Origin: a virus
DNA length: 64,000 bases
IMG/VR virus record: IMGVR_UViG_3300029959_000004
Span: 32,001 to 96,000 of that record
Reading direction: 5' to 3' (one strand)
The notes beneath the pieces were generated by a model. It saw nothing but the letters and a program-made list of their open reading frames with translations, ran no database searches and was not told where the DNA came from. This document shows, one piece after another, positions 49,278-59,784 of this stretch (position 1 is its first letter; each line of letters starts with the position of its first letter). The position numbers and the translations under genes are program-made.

Positions 49278-49616
49278 ATGAAAACAAAATTAGAAGATAC
49301 TAGAAAATTTACATTTAGTGATAAAGTATTTATAATAAAAGAAATTTTAGAACACATAAATTTTAAAATGAATTGGACTTGGAATACAGGTTGTTGCTCT
49401 TTTTGTAAAAATAAATTAGAAAAAACTATAACTCATATCTTTTATAGAATAGAAATATTAATATGTTCAGATGTTGATGAAACAAAAGCTACTTTAAATA
49501 ATATAATAATAATAGGGAACACAATTGATAATAGATTGATGCAAATAAAAGAAGAAAAATATATAAAAGAAATATTAAGTTTGTCAAACAAATTTAAATA
49601 TTTAATCGGAGAATAA
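49278..49616 (+). CDS. hypothetical protein
   Basis: ORF track. Confidence 0.45.
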   Translation: MKTKLEDTRKFTFSDKVFIIKEILEHINFKMNWTWNTGCCSFCKNKLEKTITHIFYRIEILICSDVDETKATLNNIIIIGNTIDNRLMQIKEEKYIKEILSLSNKFKYLIGE

Positions 49617-49617
49617 A

Positions 49618-50478
49618 ATGTCATATCCACAGAATTTATTAACAATTTACACGTTGGTTGATAATGTCGACGATGTTTTAGCAACTCATCCTAACGTTTT
49701 AAGTGCCGAGGTTAGATACTTAGAAGATAAGATCGGTATAGATAGTTCTGCTGTAGTTACATCTATAGATTATTTTTTAAAACACGCTTCTGGAGCTTAC
49801 AGAACACATACACATGATGGTTCTAGTGATGATGGAGCACAATTAGATTGGGATAGTTGTTGGTCAGATGCTGTGCATAATCATACTTCTAATGCTGAGG
49901 GAGGATTAATTAATCTAACTACTGGAATAACTAGTATCTTACCTGTTCTTAATGGAGGTACTGGAGTTTCTACATTACAAGATGCTTTAAATGCTTTGGC
50001 TGGAGGAGTAACCGCCAATAGAGTCTTAAAAGGAAATGGTTCTAATATTGTATTGTCACAAATAGATTTAACTACTAATGACATTACAGGTATCTTACCA
50101 AGAGCAAATGGAGGATTAGCTACAACTATAGCTAATAATACAGCTAGTGGTCCCGTTTTTTTAGATTCAAATAGTAAGATACCAATAGCTCAACTAGGAT
50201 CTTGGGTGGATAAAACTTCTTCTTATGGAGCACAACAAGCAACTACTGATGGATTTATTATTGTACTTGGTCGTGCTAGTGCTTCTGGAACTTATGCTTA
50301 TTTCTATACAGATGGGAGTAGTGATCCAACTTCATTAAAAGGACAAATATATACAAATAGCGGAACTACCGAAATATATGGTAATATTTTCTGTCCTGTA
50401 AAAAAGAACGATTATTGGAAAGTTGTAAATTCTGGTGTTGGTGTAATGGCAGTTTATTGGATATCATTAGGAAGTTAA
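49618..50478 (+). CDS. tail fibre-like virion protein
   Basis: LEDKIG, HTHDG, LPVLNGGTG, PVKKNDYWKV motifs. Confidence 0.6.
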   Translation: MSYPQNLLTIYTLVDNVDDVLATHPNVLSAEVRYLEDKIGIDSSAVVTSIDYFLKHASGAYRTHTHDGSSDDGAQLDWDSCWSDAVHNHTSNAEGGLINLTTGITSILPVLNGGTGVSTLQDALNALAGGVTANRVLKGNGSNIVLSQIDLTTNDITGILPRANGGLATTIANNTASGPVFLDSNSKIPIAQLGSWVDKTSSYGAQQATTDGFIIVLGRASASGTYAYFYTDGSSDPTSLKGQIYTNSGTTEIYGNIFCPVKKNDYWKVVNSGVGVMAVYWISLGS

Positions 50479-50507
50479 AAATATAAATAAAGTAAGAGGA
50501 AAATAAA

Positions 50508-53500
50508 ATGAGTGTATCTCGTGTGAATGACAATCTACCAGTAACAACTAAAATATCTACATTGTCTGAACAAATACTAGAAATATTCGGTTTAGTTCAG
50601 CAAGCTAAATTTTCGGAGAATGATGTTTCTCAGTTAACTACAGATTTTGGTTTAGATAGAAAATATCTGAGAAATCAATCTTTAGGACATACTTTAAGTA
50701 CTTATACTGGTTGGACTCATCTACACTCAGAAAGTGGTTACTCTTTATGGAAATATTCTCCTACTAACTATAAATACAATTCAGTTAATGAATTATATTT
50801 AGATGACGTAGTGTTAGAAAATAGAGGAGAAGCAAATTCTGAATCAGATACTACTTTTACTTATGTCTATTTAGATGCCGGGTCTTTATTTATAAATAAT
50901 ACAACTGAAGCTGGTACTGAAGATGGAACTAGTTTTAGTCTAATGAATGATACAAGTGATTATTTATATATGGGTCTTTCTTCAACTTTTGCAGGTATTT
51001 CTTTTGAGTTTGATACTAGAGGTTCTAACTACACTCTTGAATGTGAGTATTATAATGGAAGTGTTTGGACTAGTTTAGATATATCGGGAGCAACTTATAC
51101 TGACGATACTTCTAATTTTGAAAGCGATGGAAGAATTTATTGGACTATTCCTTCTAATTGGGCTATAACTACTATTAATAGTGCTTCCGCTTACTGGGTT
51201 CGTATTTCAACGTCAACAACACCGGTAACTACAGCTACGTCTTATATAATTACTCCAGCTAATTCGGTTATTTCTTTATTGAAAATGTCTAGCGAAGAGA
51301 TTTTAAATGAAGATTGGGCGTGGTGTAGTTATGGTTCTTCTATATATGTAACTATAAGAAATGCCGGTCAGTCTGCTTATGAAGGAAACTATTATATAAC
51401 TTCTTCTAGTACATCTGTAAATAAACAGAATTATTTTATACACAATCACGAATTTTTAGCGGATTATGAAGATTCTACTTATGTACAAACTGATTTAATA
51501 ACTAATCTTGATGATTTAAGTGATGTTGTAGTAAATTCAGGATTAATAGATTGGCAGTTTTTAGTTTGGGACGCAGGAGATGCTGTTTGGACTAACAAAA
51601 CTTTAAATTTAGATGATTTAAATAACGTAGCTGTTGATAGTGGTTTAACTAACGGAGAAGTACTAACTTGGGACTCTGGAGATCAAGTTTGGAGAAATGC
51701 TACTATATCAGAGACTATGACACATTCTGGTTTATCAGATATGCCAGACATCGGTGGGACTAATTCAGATCATGACGCAAGATATTATACAGAAGCAGAG
51801 ATAACTTCTTTGTTAGCCGGTAAACAGAATCTCGATTCTGGTTTAACATCTCTTGCGGGATTAACTTATACAGCAACGGCCTTTGTAAAATATACTGGAG
51901 CAGATACTTTTACTTTAGATACAAATGCTTATTCTTTAACTAGTCATACACACTCTATTACTAATTTAACTGATGTACAAATATCAGGACAAACTACTAA
52001 TCAGGTACTTGCTTGGAATGGTTCTAATTGGGTTAATAGTAATTTAGCTATAGAAATAACATCTTTAGATAATTTGAGCGACGTAAGAGTTGATTCTGGA
52101 TTAGCTTACGGACAAGGGTTAGTATGGGATTCTGGAGATTCCATATGGAGAAATCAAGAAGTTTTATTATTAGATCAATCTACCGTTCAAACAGTTATCG
52201 GTACTCCTATATTTTCAGACATTAAAATATCCGGGATGTCTTTAGGAACTTCAACGTATTCTACCATAAAAGATTTTGCTAACTCATTTGGATCAGCAGG
52301 TAGAAAGACAGGAGGAGTTATAAGTGACGCTGGAAGTGGTTATGTAGCAGTTACTACAGGAACGGGATTTATTAAAGCCACTGATGATGATAATACAAAT
52401 ATTTTATTCTTTGATTGGCCGTCTCCGTCAAATATTCAAATACCTTCCTTCTCTACTCGTTATATCGGTGTAGAATATAATTTAGGAACTCCTCAAGTAG
52501 TCGTAAGAAGTAGTTTCAACTGGAATTTAGACAGTGAATTTCCTCTGGGTAGAGTTATTAATGAAAATATTAACGGGTCTGATAAATTGTATGTTTATAA
52601 TTCTCCTTGGTGGGTAACTGATGGAATGACAAATACTATAGAAGTTATACGTAGTTTTGGATTACTTCGAAGAGATGAATCATTAGGAGGATTAACGCTA
52701 TCTGTTACTGGAACAAGAAATATTTCAGTAACAGCGGGAACAGTTTGGAGTGCATTAAATGAATTTAATTTTAGTGGAATAGATACTTCTGTTTCTGGAA
52801 CCGTAGAAGCTTATTGGTATAAGTCGGGAACGGGTTGGCAGAGTTCTGATGTTAGTCAATATTCAGTTACTCAGTGGAATGATGTGTCTCAGACAACTTT
52901 GCAAACTATTGATGCTAACAAATACTGTAACGTTTGGGTATATGTGGAACTTGATGCAAATACTCCAAAAGTAGCTATTATTTATCCACAAGCACAATAT
53001 AATACTCCTGCGTCTGCTGAAGCAACCTCCGCTCCCTCAAATCTTCCTACTCATATCAGTAATGTAGGTATTTTATTGGGAAGAATAATTATAAAACAAT
53101 CAGTAGATGCTCCTGTAGCAACTCAGACAGCTTTTACTACTACATTTTCAGCGAGCGTAGTAACTGATCATGGTAATCTTTCTGGTCTTGCTGATGACGA
53201 TCACACTCAATATTTATTAGTTGACGGAACAAGAGCTTTAAGTGGCAATATTAGTGTTGGTGGTTATGCTATTTCAAATGTAAAATTAGGAAGTTTAACT
53301 TCAAATGGATTTGTAAAAACTTCTGGAGAAGATGGAACTCTTTCAGTTGACACTAATACTTACTCTATTTCCGCACATACTCATACTTTAGATAATTTAT
53401 CTGATGTTATGGTATCTAGTGGATTAATTGACGGTCAAATACTTACTTGGGATTCTGGAGATTCAATGTGGCGTAATATAACTCCAGTGGCTGGAGTAAC

Positions 53501-54578
53501 TAATCACGCTCTCTTATCAAATTTAGACTACGCTTCATCGGGTCATACAGGTTTTCAACCGACAGGTAGTTATTTAACTGATTTATCTGGTTTAGATACA
53601 GATGATTTATCTCAGGGTGCTACAAATAAATATGATCAAACTGTTGTTTTAACTGAAGGATCAAATATAACAATAACTGGAACTTATCCAAACTTCACTA
53701 TAAACGCAACTAGCGGAGTAACTACTTTAGATAGTCTATCAGACGTAATGGTAAGTTCTGGTTTAACTAATGGACAAGTGTTGACGTGGGACTCTGGAGA
53801 CTCTATATGGAGAAATATGACTTCTCCCGCTGGAGTAACAAGTCATCCTTTGTTAACAGAACTTGATTATGCTTCCTCTGGACATACTGGATTTCAATCA
53901 TCTTTAGTTAATTCTGCTGGGCTTTCCACTGCTATAGGTGGTGATGTTGCTGTTGTAGATGGAGGAACTGGTAAATCTTCTTGGACTCAATATTTAATTC
54001 CTTATGCTGATACCACAACTTCTTTTAGTCAAATAGCTATTGGAACTAGTGGTCAAGTATTAACAAGTAATGGGGTTGGTTCAGCACCAACTTTTCAAGA
54101 CTCTACTGGAGGTGCTTCTTCTCTAGATGAATTAACTGATGTATCTGTAGCTTCCGGTTTAGTTACTGGTCAAGTTCTGACTTGGGATAGCGCAGACGCT
54201 ACTTGGAGAAATATTTTACCTATTTATTCTAAATCTTTTGTTATTACTTATCCAACAGCATCTGCGGACAGTCCAATATGGAGAGTGCCAGAGTCTATAA
54301 CAATAACTCATATACACGTGTTATGTATAGGAGGAACTAGTATTGAAGGAAGATTGTGGCAATATGATTCTAATGGTTTAAATGGTTCTTCAATAGATAC
54401 ATCCAGTATTATTGGTTTAGCTGGTCAAAACGTTGATGACGATGGTACAATAGATGACAGTGGTAGTTCCGGTGGATTAATAGTTGCTGGTAATTATTTA
54501 GGATGGAAAACAACAACCGTTACTGGTTCCGTTACGAGAGTAATTGTTACGTTCGATTATACAATGAAAATACTTTAA
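50508..54578 (+). CDS. long tail fibre with seven LDxLxDV...W..G..W.N repeats
   Basis: Repeats counted in translation; HDARYYTE and LDYASSGHTGF (x2) motifs. Confidence 0.7.
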   Translation: MSVSRVNDNLPVTTKISTLSEQILEIFGLVQQAKFSENDVSQLTTDFGLDRKYLRNQSLGHTLSTYTGWTHLHSESGYSLWKYSPTNYKYNSVNELYLDDVVLENRGEANSESDTTFTYVYLDAGSLFINNTTEAGTEDGTSFSLMNDTSDYLYMGLSSTFAGISFEFDTRGSNYTLECEYYNGSVWTSLDISGATYTDDTSNFESDGRIYWTIPSNWAITTINSASAYWVRISTSTTPVTTATSYIITPANSVISLLKMSSEEILNEDWAWCSYGSSIYVTIRNAGQSAYEGNYYITSSSTSVNKQNYFIHNHEFLADYEDSTYVQTDLITNLDDLSDVVVNSGLIDWQFLVWDAGDAVWTNKTLNLDDLNNVAVDSGLTNGEVLTWDSGDQVWRNATISETMTHSGLSDMPDIGGTNSDHDARYYTEAEITSLLAGKQNLDSGLTSLAGLTYTATAFVKYTGADTFTLDTNAYSLTSHTHSITNLTDVQISGQTTNQVLAWNGSNWVNSNLAIEITSLDNLSDVRVDSGLAYGQGLVWDSGDSIWRNQEVLLLDQSTVQTVIGTPIFSDIKISGMSLGTSTYSTIKDFANSFGSAGRKTGGVISDAGSGYVAVTTGTGFIKATDDDNTNILFFDWPSPSNIQIPSFSTRYIGVEYNLGTPQVVVRSSFNWNLDSEFPLGRVINENINGSDKLYVYNSPWWVTDGMTNTIEVIRSFGLLRRDESLGGLTLSVTGTRNISVTAGTVWSALNEFNFSGIDTSVSGTVEAYWYKSGTGWQSSDVSQYSVTQWNDVSQTTLQTIDANKYCNVWVYVELDANTPKVAIIYPQAQYNTPASAEATSAPSNLPTHISNVGILLGRIIIKQSVDAPVATQTAFTTTFSASVVTDHGNLSGLADDDHTQYLLVDGTRALSGNISVGGYAISNVKLGSLTSNGFVKTSGEDGTLSVDTNTYSISAHTHTLDNLSDVMVSSGLIDGQILTWDSGDSMWRNITPVAGVTNHALLSNLDYASSGHTGFQPTGSYLTDLSGLDTDDLSQGATNKYDQTVVLTEGSNITITGTYPNFTINATSGVTTLDSLSDVMVSSGLTNGQVLTWDSGDSIWRNMTSPAGVTSHPLLTELDYASSGHTGFQSSLVNSAGLSTAIGGDVAVVDGGTGKSSWTQYLIPYADTTTSFSQIAIGTSGQVLTSNGVGSAPTFQDSTGGASSLDELTDVSVASGLVTGQVLTWDSADATWRNILPIYSKSFVITYPTASADSPIWRVPESITITHIHVLCIGGTSIEGRLWQYDSNGLNGSSIDTSSIIGLAGQNVDDDGTIDDSGSSGGLIVAGNYLGWKTTTVTGSVTRVIVTFDYTMKIL

Positions 54579-54590
54579 GGAGAAATATAA

Positions 54591-55178
54591 ATGGCTACTT
54601 TAGAAATAGATAAAATGGAATACTCCTCCGACGCCAATGCAAGTGGATTTCAGAAAGGTCATAAACCTTATGGTGGAGCTATTAAAGGTAGATTAAAAGG
54701 ACAGATTCCCCATAATAAGGGAACATCTGTTTGGTTGGAATATCAATGCCAAGAATGTAGTAATAGTTTTAAGATTAGAAAGTGTCATAGTGAGAGAGAT
54801 AGGGGAAAATATTGTAGTCGTAAATGTTATGTTAAAGCACAAACTATTTATAAACTTTCTCCCACAGAAAGATTTGTTCATCGGTTTAGACAATTAGAAG
54901 AATATGCTGTATGGCGGATGGATTGTTTAAAAAGGGATTGGTTTAAGTGTCAAGAGTGTGCTACCAAAGAGAATTTAGAAGTTCATCATATAAAATCATT
55001 TACGGAATTAGTTATAGAGTTTTTACAAGAATATAATCAATTTAGTCCAATTGATGATACCGAGATATTATTACGATTAGCTGTTAATTATAAACCTTTC
55101 TGGGATATAAATAATGGAAAAACTTATTGCGAATCGCATCATAAATCATTGAGGAGAATATACAATGGCAACACTTGA
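54591..55178 (+). CDS. HNH homing endonuclease whose N-terminus duplicates that of the downstream gene
   Basis: FQKGHKP/PHNKG; CQEC...YCSRKC; RDWFKCQEC...LEVHHIK...NGKTYCESHH. Confidence 0.85.
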   Translation: MATLEIDKMEYSSDANASGFQKGHKPYGGAIKGRLKGQIPHNKGTSVWLEYQCQECSNSFKIRKCHSERDRGKYCSRKCYVKAQTIYKLSPTERFVHRFRQLEEYAVWRMDCLKRDWFKCQECATKENLEVHHIKSFTELVIEFLQEYNQFSPIDDTEILLRLAVNYKPFWDINNGKTYCESHHKSLRRIYNGNT

Positions 55179-56571
55179 GGTGGATAATATGGAGTATAGC
55201 ACTCCAGAACTTGCACAGACGGCGTATGTAACGAATGCTACTTCTGGGGCTACGGGTGGAACAATAACTACCGACGGAAATTATACTGTCCATACATTTA
55301 CTTCCAGCGGAACTTTCACGCCTTTTAACTCTGGAAACGCAGAAATTCTCATTGTAGCTGGTGGCGGTGCTGGTGGAAATAGACATGGTGGAGGAGGGGG
55401 TGGAGGGGGAGTTATCCATATTCCAGTTGCTACTTTAACTGCTACCGCATATACAGTAACTGTTGGGAATGGTGCCCCTACTAATACTGCTGGGACTGAC
55501 GCTACGGGACAAAATGGTTCAGATTCTGTATTTTCTGGTGATTCAAAAACAGAAACTGCTTCAGGTGGTGGTGGTGGTGGTGCTTACACAGGTCATTCCG
55601 CAACCAATGGAGGTGGTGGTGGAGGTGGACGAGGTGAAAGTGGAACTCCACCTGGAGGGAGCGGCGTTCAATCTGTTACTAACGATTTTGGTTCTGCTAC
55701 TGGTTATGCTTATAATGGTGGTATGGGTAATGTTGGCGGCGAAGATGAGAGAATTGGTGGTGGCGGTGGTGGTGCGGGTGGTGCTGGAACAGGTATTACT
55801 GGGACAAAACCAACAGGTGGTGCAGGTCATTTGAATGATATTTCGGGAACAAGTTATTATTATTCAGGTGGTGGTGGAGGTGGTGTTTGGTCAAGTGCCG
55901 TGGTAGCAGGAAATGGTGGAACTGGAGGAGGCGGTGGCGGTGGAAGTGCCAATGCGGGTGGTGCTGGAACAGGTGGAACTGGAGGTAGTGCAAACGGTTT
56001 TAATGGTGATACAAGTGCCAATGGTGGTGCTGGAGGTGTCAATACTGGAGGAGGCGGTGGTGGAAGTGGGCAGGCTAATTATGGTGGATTTATGGGTAAT
56101 GGTGGTGCAGGTGGTTCTGGTATTGTAATCATTCGTTATCTAACTTCTTCACAAAGTTATTTAGGCTCTTTTTCCGAATCCACAATCAAAACTCAAGGAA
56201 GTTATGCGTTAAAGATACAGGCGACGCAGACGTACAGCCTAAATAAGACCTTGATCAAAACATTCTCAAGCAATCAAGACCTGTCAGGAGTAAACACTCT
56301 CAAATTAGATATGCGGGCAAGTAGGACAGGGACTAATGTTAAATTAGGATTGCACGACACAGGCGGAACAACTACTGAAATTACTCCCACCATAATCACA
56401 GCAGATACCTACGAAACAAAGACCTGGGATTTATCAGCAGTAGCGGATAGCGATAAAAATGCTATTGATACTTTTACGATTACGCCGACAAATGCGGATG
56501 CGGCGAATACAATTTATTTAGATAATTTTGAAATAGCTCAAGCGATAGATGTATTTGGTATAATTACTTAG
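55165..56571 (+). CDS. glycine-rich virion protein with C-terminal carbohydrate-binding-like domain
   Basis: VHTFTSSGTF, IVAGGG, GGSGIVIIRY; C-terminal DLSG...IYLDN. Confidence 0.75.
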   Translation: MATLEVDNMEYSTPELAQTAYVTNATSGATGGTITTDGNYTVHTFTSSGTFTPFNSGNAEILIVAGGGAGGNRHGGGGGGGGVIHIPVATLTATAYTVTVGNGAPTNTAGTDATGQNGSDSVFSGDSKTETASGGGGGGAYTGHSATNGGGGGGGRGESGTPPGGSGVQSVTNDFGSATGYAYNGGMGNVGGEDERIGGGGGGAGGAGTGITGTKPTGGAGHLNDISGTSYYYSGGGGGGVWSSAVVAGNGGTGGGGGGGSANAGGAGTGGTGGSANGFNGDTSANGGAGGVNTGGGGGGSGQANYGGFMGNGGAGGSGIVIIRYLTSSQSYLGSFSESTIKTQGSYALKIQATQTYSLNKTLIKTFSSNQDLSGVNTLKLDMRASRTGTNVKLGLHDTGGTTTEITPTIITADTYETKTWDLSAVADSDKNAIDTFTITPTNADAANTIYLDNFEIAQAIDVFGIIT

Positions 56572-56612
56572 TTATTTTCTTTTTTTACATAGTTTACATT
56601 TAGTTTTTATTC

Positions 56613-57254
56613 TCATTTTATTAATCTCTTATATTTTCTAGAGGCGGCGTTATGTTTTATTACAATATTATCACATTTAATATAAGGTTCTTTCCCGTCT
56701 GGGAGAGATGAGATCCAACAGTAATTTAGAGGAAGAGGAAAGATTTTAATAGATTCTTTTCTCTCCTCTAATAACTTTGCTAAAACCTTCTGCTCCCACT
56801 CTTGTGCCGTTTCTGCACGAACATACCACTCTCTTACAAAATCTCTCATCTTTTCACTATTGCGTATAAACATAGTCCCACTAAGTACTTCCATTATATG
56901 AGAGTTGTTTTTATACCAAAAGTCCCAATTTAGTGTATGGAAAGCTATATCTACATCTTCTGGAATTTCGTTAAACAATTTGGGATAGGAGAGAACTTCC
57001 GAATCGGCGTCCAAGACGATTATATTATAGGAAGGGAACTTTTCCATAGTTCTTAATATAGAAAGTGGTTTCTGAGCTACATTCTTTATCCAAGAACCTC
57101 TATTCTCAACTACTTCTATGTGATACTTCAATCCCAACTTATCTAAGCTAGGTAGCAGTTGTGTGGAAAGTATTAGTTCATAGGGGCTGTTTTCCGAAAC
57201 AAATGCACTTACTATACAATTATCTATTTTTATATTTCCTTGTTCAAATATCAT
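56613..57254 (-). CDS. GT-A glycosyltransferase-like protein
   Basis: KP...IIVLDAD (DxD); LSGTMF; EQ; IKH. Confidence 0.7.
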   Translation of the reverse strand: MIFEQGNIKIDNCIVSAFVSENSPYELILSTQLLPSLDKLGLKYHIEVVENRGSWIKNVAQKPLSILRTMEKFPSYNIIVLDADSEVLSYPKLFNEIPEDVDIAFHTLNWDFWYKNNSHIMEVLSGTMFIRNSEKMRDFVREWYVRAETAQEWEQKVLAKLLEERKESIKIFPLPLNYCWISSLPDGKEPYIKCDNIVIKHNAASRKYKRLIK

Positions 57255-57258
57255 TTTA

Positions 57259-57990
57259 TTACCAAACTCCTCTTTGCGACTGTGTTTCGGTTAATATATT
57301 TTCTTTAGAAAATGGTTCAAAATTATCTAATCTCTTATTTTGAATTATTCCTTCTTTTATCCAACTTCCTTCTAATATTTTTCTATCTTCCTTATAGAAT
57401 CCACTTCTAAATACAGTATCAGTGTGAGCTTCTTTATGATTGACTATTACAGGTACGGGTGCTATTTCTAACTGTCCTCCTGCTTCATATGCTCTCATAA
57501 CTACATCGTTCTCAGATTGACCACATATAAATCTTCTGTCATATCCTCCAAGCTCATTAAAAAACTCTCTATTCATTACTCCAAAAGGAGCCATTCTAGG
57601 AGCATTGGGATCTTTACCTCTAAGTCTATGAAACTCAGTTATGTCTCTACCGTCTTCTACAGTTCTAAAAGCTACTACTAGTTTTCTATTATTAAACATC
57701 TTAAAGAACTCATATACTCTATCCAAAGCGTTGGGAGGGTAAATGGCGTCATCGGCACTCCAATTTATGAGCTCTCCTTTAGCTTCGTTAAAAGCTATTT
57801 GATAGCACTGGCTAGGCTTAGTTTTTGAGGAAATATACTTAAAGTTATTCGGTAACTGTACTAAAGGAGGATTGGGACCTACATATATTAACTCCCACTT
57901 CAAATCATTCTGTTTTAAAGAGTTATATGTAGCTTCCCATTGTTTTGGCCTCAGAGCACTCGCACAAATTGAGATCCGTATGTCACTCAT
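57259..57990 (-). CDS. family 2 glycosyltransferase
   Basis: EAKGELINWSADD; GGYD; END...R. Confidence 0.8.
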   Translation of the reverse strand: MSDIRISICASALRPKQWEATYNSLKQNDLKWELIYVGPNPPLVQLPNNFKYISSKTKPSQCYQIAFNEAKGELINWSADDAIYPPNALDRVYEFFKMFNNRKLVVAFRTVEDGRDITEFHRLRGKDPNAPRMAPFGVMNREFFNELGGYDRRFICGQSENDVVMRAYEAGGQLEIAPVPVIVNHKEAHTDTVFRSGFYKEDRKILEGSWIKEGIIQNKRLDNFEPFSKENILTETQSQRGVW

Positions 57991-58190
57991 TTATCTCTCC
58001 TCGATTTAGTCTTAAACTTAAATTCTTCCTTTTTATATCCCTCTTTTACTCTATCTATTTTACAATCTCTTTTAATGTGCTCTATACTCTCTTCTTTCTT
58101 GATGTTTTTAAGTCTTTTTTCGAGTTTTCTAGTCTTGTTTCTTATTCTTATAGCACTGGTGTATTTCGAGTTACTCTTTTTAGCTTTCAT
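57987..58190 (-). CDS. small basic protein
   Basis: ORF track; SD AAGGAG. Confidence 0.45.
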   Translation of the reverse strand: MKAKKSNSKYTSAIRIRNKTRKLEKRLKNIKKEESIEHIKRDCKIDRVKEGYKKEEFKFKTKSRRDK

Positions 58191-58321
58191 TCAAATCTCC
58201 TTGTTTGTTAAAATATAGCTGTTTTTTGAGTTTTGGCTCTTCAAAATTCAACGATCTGAGCTCTAAAATTAAAAAGCGTATATATCTACTTCTATATGTA
58301 GATCGTGTCTTAAAACGCTTC

Positions 58322-59140
58322 TTATGAACTAGTTGAGCAACCGTAAAAGTCACATTTTGAACACAAAACACTAGAATTTCTGTTTCCTTTTATGTGTTCT
58401 TTGAGTAAATCTAATCTTTTATTACTATTCCAAGCTTCTTCTAATGTCATATCTTTAATATTACCGAGTTTATTTATTTTAGTTGGATCAAATCTTACAC
58501 AAGGAAATATATCACCGAATCTATCTATAACTAAATGTGTATATAAATCTTGACAAAAACCAACTTCTGGGATTGTTACTTTCTTAGTGTAACCAAAACT
58601 TCCTTCGGGTTTATGAAGTATTCTTGTAGCTATAATACAATTGTGAACTTTTGCTAATGTTTCCCACTTTTCCTTGTTTTCTACATTACCCAATAATCTA
58701 AATATAACAAGTGGAGATTTTTGGAAATCTTTATTCATTAAAAATTCAAAAACTGTTGTAAGTTGTTTATCTCCTTCAGGATCATTTTCTATCACTGAAA
58801 TAGTTAACGTATTTAAATTTTCTTTTATAGCTTCTCTAATTTCTGTTCTTGCTAATAGTTTACCATTAGTATTTAAACATTTTATATTATTTGGAAATAA
58901 CTTCAAAGCATCTGAGAATCTAGGATAGAGTAACGGTTCTCCATTACTATGAAATTGAATAATGATTTCTTTAGGGATTTGTATAGTTATTTTCTCCAAC
59001 AATTCGAAATCCATATATCCAAAATTACAAAGTTCAGGATGCTCTTTTTCTAAACGTCTACGACCGCACATCCAACAGCTTTTATTACATTCAGAACTGA
59101 TTTCTATATTCACTACACTTAATCCATTTAGATTACTCAT
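58322..59140 (-). CDS. radical SAM / SPASM protein
   Basis: CNKSCWMC; GEPLL; TNG; GDIFPC; CSKC. Confidence 0.9.
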   Translation of the reverse strand: MSNLNGLSVVNIEISSECNKSCWMCGRRRLEKEHPELCNFGYMDFELLEKITIQIPKEIIIQFHSNGEPLLYPRFSDALKLFPNNIKCLNTNGKLLARTEIREAIKENLNTLTISVIENDPEGDKQLTTVFEFLMNKDFQKSPLVIFRLLGNVENKEKWETLAKVHNCIIATRILHKPEGSFGYTKKVTIPEVGFCQDLYTHLVIDRFGDIFPCVRFDPTKINKLGNIKDMTLEEAWNSNKRLDLLKEHIKGNRNSSVLCSKCDFYGCSTSS

Positions 59141-59391
59141 TTTCTTATCGCTTTCTTGTAGTATTCGCTATTCTTAGAAACTCTTTGTTTACCGTCTTTT
59201 TGCATATTCCAAACGTTCATTATTTCGTCTTTCTTAGGTTCTAAGAACTCTTCAAGTTCTGTTAAATCTTTAGTTTTCATACTACTTTTCACTTTGTGTC
59301 TTAGTATTCTGTTTAATATTCTTTTGTCTAACTTTTCGCTTTTTGCTGTTGTAAATCCAACTATCGGGGTCTTTTTTCTGCTTCGACTCAT
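59137..59391 (-). CDS. small basic conserved hypothetical protein
   Basis: MSRSRKKTP...SEK.DK...W.M.KDGK pattern. Confidence 0.6.
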   Translation of the reverse strand: MSRSRKKTPIVGFTTAKSEKLDKRILNRILRHKVKSSMKTKDLTELEEFLEPKKDEIMNVWNMQKDGKQRVSKNSEYYKKAIRK

Positions 59392-59782
59392 TTAATTCCT
59401 CCACTATTTCACACATGTTTTTATCGTAATCTTTACAAAACATTACTTTGTGTGTTTTAGTCTTATCTGTTTTTATAGGAGAACAAACAATCTCATATTC
59501 AACTAACTTATTTCTTATATACTGCACATTGTCTACAGTAAAAGCTATGTGATTGAAAGACTCTGTAGAGTTATTAGGCATCCAATATAGTTCTAACATG
59601 TCTCCGTTGTCAGTTCTTAATTTTACCCAAGTTAAAACCTTTAACCCTAAAAGAGACTCTATATAATCTCCCTCTTCTCTGCCAGTACTGTCGTATTTCA
59701 ACCCCAATAGTTTCTGATAGAAGAAGTTGGCTTTTTCTAAATTGTTTACACAGATAGCACTATGACGTATATTTTTAGGCAT
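59282..59782 (-). CDS. VOC / glyoxalase-family protein
   Basis: IRHSAICV, FFYQKLLGL, LEL, NHIAFTV, EIVE. Confidence 0.8.
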   Translation of the reverse strand: MPKNIRHSAICVNNLEKANFFYQKLLGLKYDSTGREEGDYIESLLGLKVLTWVKLRTDNGDMLELYWMPNNSTESFNHIAFTVDNVQYIRNKLVEYEIVCSPIKTDKTKTHKVMFCKDYDKNMCEIVEELNESKQKKDPDSWIYNSKKRKVRQKNIKQNTKTQSEK

Positions 59783-59784
59783 AT

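Noticed and set aside
24216-56128. Minus-strand and alternate-frame ORFs in the virion module (e.g. 29397, 36668, 38240, 47151, 55463, 55860)
   Set aside because: Shadows of structural genes or Gly-codon artefacts.
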